A DNA stretch of 35,003 bases from positions 125,098,542 through 125,133,544 of the forward strand of contig NC_068982.1 in the NCBI RefSeq assembly GCF_001194135.2, given 5' to 3'. Source of the stretch: Octopus bimaculoides. Lineage: Eukaryota. The number at the start of each line of letters is the position of its first letter. Position 1 is the first letter of the stretch. Positions 30,980-35,003 of the stretch are shown piece after piece. The translations under genes were made by a program, and so were the position numbers. The notes under the pieces were generated by a model that had not been told where the DNA came from, searched no databases, and saw only the letters and a program-made list of their open reading frames with translations.

Positions 30980-31689
30980 TTAAAGTGTTAGGATGAAATT
31001 TAGCTGTTATTTCTAGCAGGTCGAGTGACCACATAGGGATTTGCTTGGCTCAACCAACATTAGCTGTCATGTCACTTGTCATATTATGATGCATTGCCTG
31101 AGTTTCCACCTTCTGTGCATGCAATGTTTGGTGATATATAGTTGTATGAGCTATGAATATTTGTATTTGTAATTAGCTTCTTAAAATTTTTTTTATAGCC
31201 TTAGAGAAGTTTGACATCCTGTGGGGAGGTGTATATAAGGAAGGGATCAGAAACTGCTGGATCTCAATTCTTAATGTGTGCTGTCAGACATTTGCTTTTC
31301 TCTCCTGATTTACTCCCCTAAATTTTGTTTTTCTTTGTTTGAAAGTGACGTGGTGAGATTATTTATTACTCTGAGGCACTATAAGGAAATAATTCTTTAA
31401 ACTTCAATACTTGTTTCAATCANNNNNNNNNNAAAAAAAAAAAAAAAAAAAAAGAAAAAGTGTATGGGAATTAAAAAAATATATATATAAAAAAAAACAA
31501 AAAAAAAACAAAGCAGTATTTACTGACAGCTATAGGAAGCTATTGGATCTTGTTCTGAATGTATGCTGTCAAACATTTGCTTTTCTCTCCTGATTTACTC
31601 CCCTAAATTTTGTTTTTCTTTGTTTGAAAGTGACGTGGTGAGATTATTTATTACTCTGAGGCACTATAAGGAAATAATTCTTTAAACTT

Positions 31690-31980
31690 CAATACTTGTT
31701 TCAATCATTGGACTACAGCTATGCTGGGTTGCTGTCTTGAAGGGTTGACCAAATCCATGCTACTACTTACTTTAAAACTGATGCTTATTCTATTATTCTA
31801 TTGGCCTCTTTTGCCAAACTGCTAAGTTATGGGGATATAAACAAACCAGCACTGGTTGTCAAGTGGTGTTGGAAGATAAACATATGCACGTGCACACACA
31901 CACACAATAGGCTTCTACACAGTTTCTGTTTACCAAATTCTCTCACAAGGCATTGGTTAGCCTAGGGCTATAGTGGAAGG
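31690..31980 (-). mobile_element. Family-A SINE (head truncated)
   Basis: CTTGTTTCAATCATTGGACTACAGCTATGCTGGG..CTAAGTTATGGGGATATAAACAAACCAGCACTGGTTGTCAAG..(CA)n..CAGTTTCTGTTTACCAAATTCTCTCACAAGGCATTGG. Confidence 0.75.
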
Positions 31981-32599
31981 AAAATATGAATTACTCAATA
32001 CTTTTTGTTTGCTATGTCCAAAAGATGCATTTGGGGAGTTGCACTATTCAAGAACTGGATAAGATATCTCATTGAAGAATTGTAGAATAAATCCCAATTC
32101 CATTTAGAATGCTGCATTGGATTAATCTAGTTGATAAAGAATGTGTTACTGGAGAAGAAGGCATGTGAATGAAATACAGGACAGATGAAAATGGAAATGT
32201 ACTATATCCTTGGCATATATGTTTATATATTACTGCAAAGCAATCTAGATCATCAATTTAGATTTTACCAAAGGAAATGGTATGAAGACCTGAATGAATT
32301 AAAGCATGTATAGGTTTAACTGTAGTCTTCAGCACACTGATTAATTTTGAGGTTTTTCTGAAGCATTCATTCAGTTCATGGTTTTTATTTGTTACCTGAT
32401 ATTTTCGTGGTTGTCATGTTCATGATAACATTGTCGCTTATAAATTTGTTACTTATTTTTAAAAAGAAAAGACACACACACACAATATAATTGATAATGA
32501 AATATTATTCATATTATTGTGAATTATACTCTTACCCCAATATAAATTAATCATTTAAATTAGCTGGCTTTGCTTTCATTAAATGTCAAGATGCAGACA

Positions 32600-33022
32600 C
32601 AGGTTCAGTAAATGTGTCGTTAAGAGATTTGCTTCCCAACCACCTTGGGCTAATGTTTTCTATTAAAGCCCTTGGCCGACAAAAACTTTCAGAGTTGGTT
32701 TGGTAGATAGAAACTAAAAGAAGCCCATCATGGTTGTGTGTCTATGCCTGTTTTTGTGAGAGTGTTATATTTCTCATGTCTTCATGTGTGTTCGTTCACT
32801 GGTTTGTAGACAATAGCATCACTGAAGGTGTCATTTGGTAGTCCACTATGATACCATGTCTGGGCTGTTTGCTGTTGCTCTATAGACTAGAAGATTATTA
32901 TCTCATATGGAAACAAGTGAGGTGTTGTTCTCAGGAAGGGAATCTGACAAGAAAACTCAGCCCCAACATAATCTCCTCTGGCCCAGGCAATCATGGAAAA
33001 GACGTTAAAATGATGATGATGA
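32600..33022 (+). mobile_element. Chimeric SINE: degenerate family-A head + RTE-type tail
   Basis: TTTGCTTCCCAACCAC..GGCCGACAAAAAC..TTGGTAGATAGAAACTAAAAGAAGCCC, then GGAAACAAGTGAGG..AGGAAGGG..CAATCATGGAAAAGACGTTAAAATGATGATGATGA. Confidence 0.7.
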
Positions 33023-33399
33023 TCCAGAGATATATTTTTCTATTTCTCAGATCCAGCTTGGCTCCTCATTTGTAAGGTTGCACATCAAATATTTTTGTCA
33101 GTCCTTCATTTTGTTATCCTGTTATACATTTCCATGTATTTCCATGTAATATGTATTAACTGTATTTATGTTAACTATTCAGAGTGTAGCTCCATTGTCT
33201 GGTAATAACTAGTTCTTCTTTTCAGTTTATCAATAAATTCATTCATGTGGATCTTCTTGGCAGATAGTTCTAGAAATTAGTGTTCTCTTTTCTAAGTAAA
33301 AAAAAAAAAATAATAATGCAGAAAATCATTGAGGACATTTGCAGAAGTACTTGGCATTTCTTTAAAACAAGTTTACCTATAATGGATTCATATGTTGTA

Positions 33400-34283
33400 T
33401 GTATTTGTGCATAAGCCTGGGAAGATGGAGGCAGCAGAGAGGTACATTAGGTAGCTAGAAGAGAAGCTAGGTGACAGGTTTCCATAGCAAATGGAGAAGC
33501 AGAAAGTAAGAGGTTTGCCAATGTTCTACTGTGTGAGAATCAACAGCATGAGGTGTTCTAGATTGCAAATGAGTGTATCAGAGAGAATTAAGATGTTGTG
33601 ATGAGAAGTGTGTGTGGACTGATAATGGTACATTTGCACTTAGTTATTCTGAAAAAAAAAACTAAAAACAGAGGCATAGAGGTGCTACTATGAAAGGCTG
33701 TTAAATGTGGGAAGTGCATAGGAGAAAACTGCACTTCCTAATGTGGATCCAACTGAGACCAGCCATTATAGTTGACAGCAATATGATAGATAAAGCTATT
33801 AAGGATATGAAAGTAGGGAAAATCTTCTGGTTCATCTAGAATCACCACTGAGGTGCTTGAAATATTTGACGGAATTGGATATGGTTTTGTTGGCCATCTA
33901 GTTAATCAAGTTGAACAACTGTTGTAGAAGTGTTATAGTCAACTGTTACAAGGGTAAAGGGCCTTAGGGAGAAGTATATCAGAGGTATCAAAAGGCTGGA
34001 TCAGGCCATAAAAGTTATAGAAAGGGTTATAGTTCAATTAATTAAGAGAATTAAGCTAGATGCAATGCAGTTTGGTTCTATGTCAGGGAGAAGTATTACT
34101 GATCTACTCTTGCTAGTAAAACAACTGCAGGAGAGGTATTTAGCTAAAAGTAATCAAACTGTAACTGACATTCATCGACCTGGGGAAAGACTTCAACAGA
34201 GTCCCCTGTTTTGTGATCTAGGGTGATCTCTAAGGAAGCTAGGGGGAGATGAATAGTGTGTGAGAGCCATACAAGCCATGTAT
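33400..34283 (+). pseudogene. RTE-clade LINE reverse-transcriptase relic
   Basis: Across frameshifts and stops it reads MIDKAIKDMKVGK-SSGSSRITTEVL, CRSVIVNCYKGKG, YIRGIKRLDQAIKVIERVIVQ, LDAMQFGSMSGRSITD..LVKQLQERYLAK, FIDLGKDFNRVP, RKLGGDE*CVRAIQAMY. These are the RTE RT motifs YKGKGD, YRGI, QFGF..GRSTTD and FIDLEKAFDRVP. Confidence 0.9.
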
Positions 34284-34347
34284 TGGGGTGGTGTCAGTAA
34301 AATGGTGATGATATATATATATATATATATATATTTGTTATATGTGT

Positions 34348-34400
34348 ACATGTCCAACCCATGCCAGCATGGAAATCAGACGTTAAATGTTGATGATTAT
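34348..34400 (+). mobile_element. RTE-type 3' tail (stem-loop + GAT repeat)
   Basis: GTCCAACCCATGCCAGCATGGAAATCAGACGTTAAATGTTGATGAT contains the CCATGC-CA-GCATGG hairpin shared by the family-C and chimeric SINE tails. It lies just downstream of the RTE relic in the same orientation. Confidence 0.7.
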
Positions 34401-35003
34401 ATATATTTACACACACACACACGTATGTATGTATGTATGTATGTATTCGATCTTTCCCTCATATTATGTACGAGCACTTAATAATTGACAGGACGGTGAT
34501 ATTTGTTCTCTCTGTATATACCACAAATTTCTTTCAATTCTCTTTAATACTATACAATGCCTACCACTCTTTGGAATTTACTGTTAGCAAAGTATTCTTC
34601 CAAAGTGATATTGATTTATTACAAATTATAGCAGCTGTATTTTGTTCTATTTTTATTTTTGCTTTTTTAATTCTTGGCATTTATTCATTTAGTAATAGAA
34701 CTGTTGGTTACCAGCTAACTCATAACTAAATTAAATTGATACCATTGAATATACATTGTTCAATTGTGATAAAATTGTGTGTTCATTATTTTTTTTATTC
34801 AACGGTTTTAAGAAAATATTTATTAAGTTTTATCTTTTAGATAATGCTATTTCCCAATGTCTACTTCACTATCATTAATAAGATATTATAAACTTTCTTT
34901 AATTTTCTTGCATAGTTATTTTAGATTTTATCCATTCTTATGATTCAGGATTGTTAGCCATTGTTTTATTTGGTAATAGTGGCACTGGTGCTGGGGTTTA
35001 TTG

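Larger units (their letters stand above)
1239..31432. other. Nine assembly gaps (N-runs)
   Basis: 1239-1411, 2497-2822, 5475-5484, 18088-18320, 19818-19828, 24305-24614, 26231-26503, 28068-28167, 31423-31432. ORFs spanning them (X-rich) are not evidence of coding. Confidence 0.98.
5285..35003 (+). other. QSOX: QSOX intron 1 (at least 29.7 kb, not closed in this window)
   Basis: Consensus donor GTGAGT at 5285-5290. I found no downstream AG-NN-TGG exon encoding the expected W..(V/L)AA(I/L)DC...C..(Y/F).(I/V).G(Y/F)PT by eye. It could in principle be hidden in an N-gap. Confidence 0.75.

Noticed and set aside
1-35003. Prokaryotic features (CRISPR arrays, operons, rRNA or true tRNA genes)
   Set aside because: None seen. 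The tRNA-like A/B boxes belong to SINE heads and do not complete a cloverleaf by eye.

Overview
AT-rich, microsatellite-rich eukaryotic DNA with nine N-gaps. The repeat repertoire (tRNA-derived SINEs, RTE/R4/Penelope-like retroelements, Tc1/maT/pogo relics) looks like a coleoid cephalopod, probably Octopus; this is inference. The only host coding sequence I can support is exon 1 of a QSOX sulfhydryl oxidase (5026-5284, +). It has a signal peptide, VEFYNSWCGHC and a phase-1 GTGAGT donor. No exon 2 is recognisable, so about 29.7 kb is intron 1, filled with transposon relics. Three things stand out. (1) A minus-strand, degenerate minimal type-I hammerhead ribozyme fold (17074-17167) lies in a TA-flanked Penelope-like insert. 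(2) An ~830-bp TIR element (17806-18639) carries a SAP plus SWIM-type ORF remnant. (3) Both sit inside the internal microsatellite of one SINE, next to a duplicated 'empty-site' copy. Also present are modular SINE head/tail swapping, a 33-bp hairpin made of two RTE tails, an overlapping uORF on the QSOX start, and a sharp CpG drop inside the gene body. Repeat boundaries were read by eye and are approximate to about 10-20 bp unless stated as exact.
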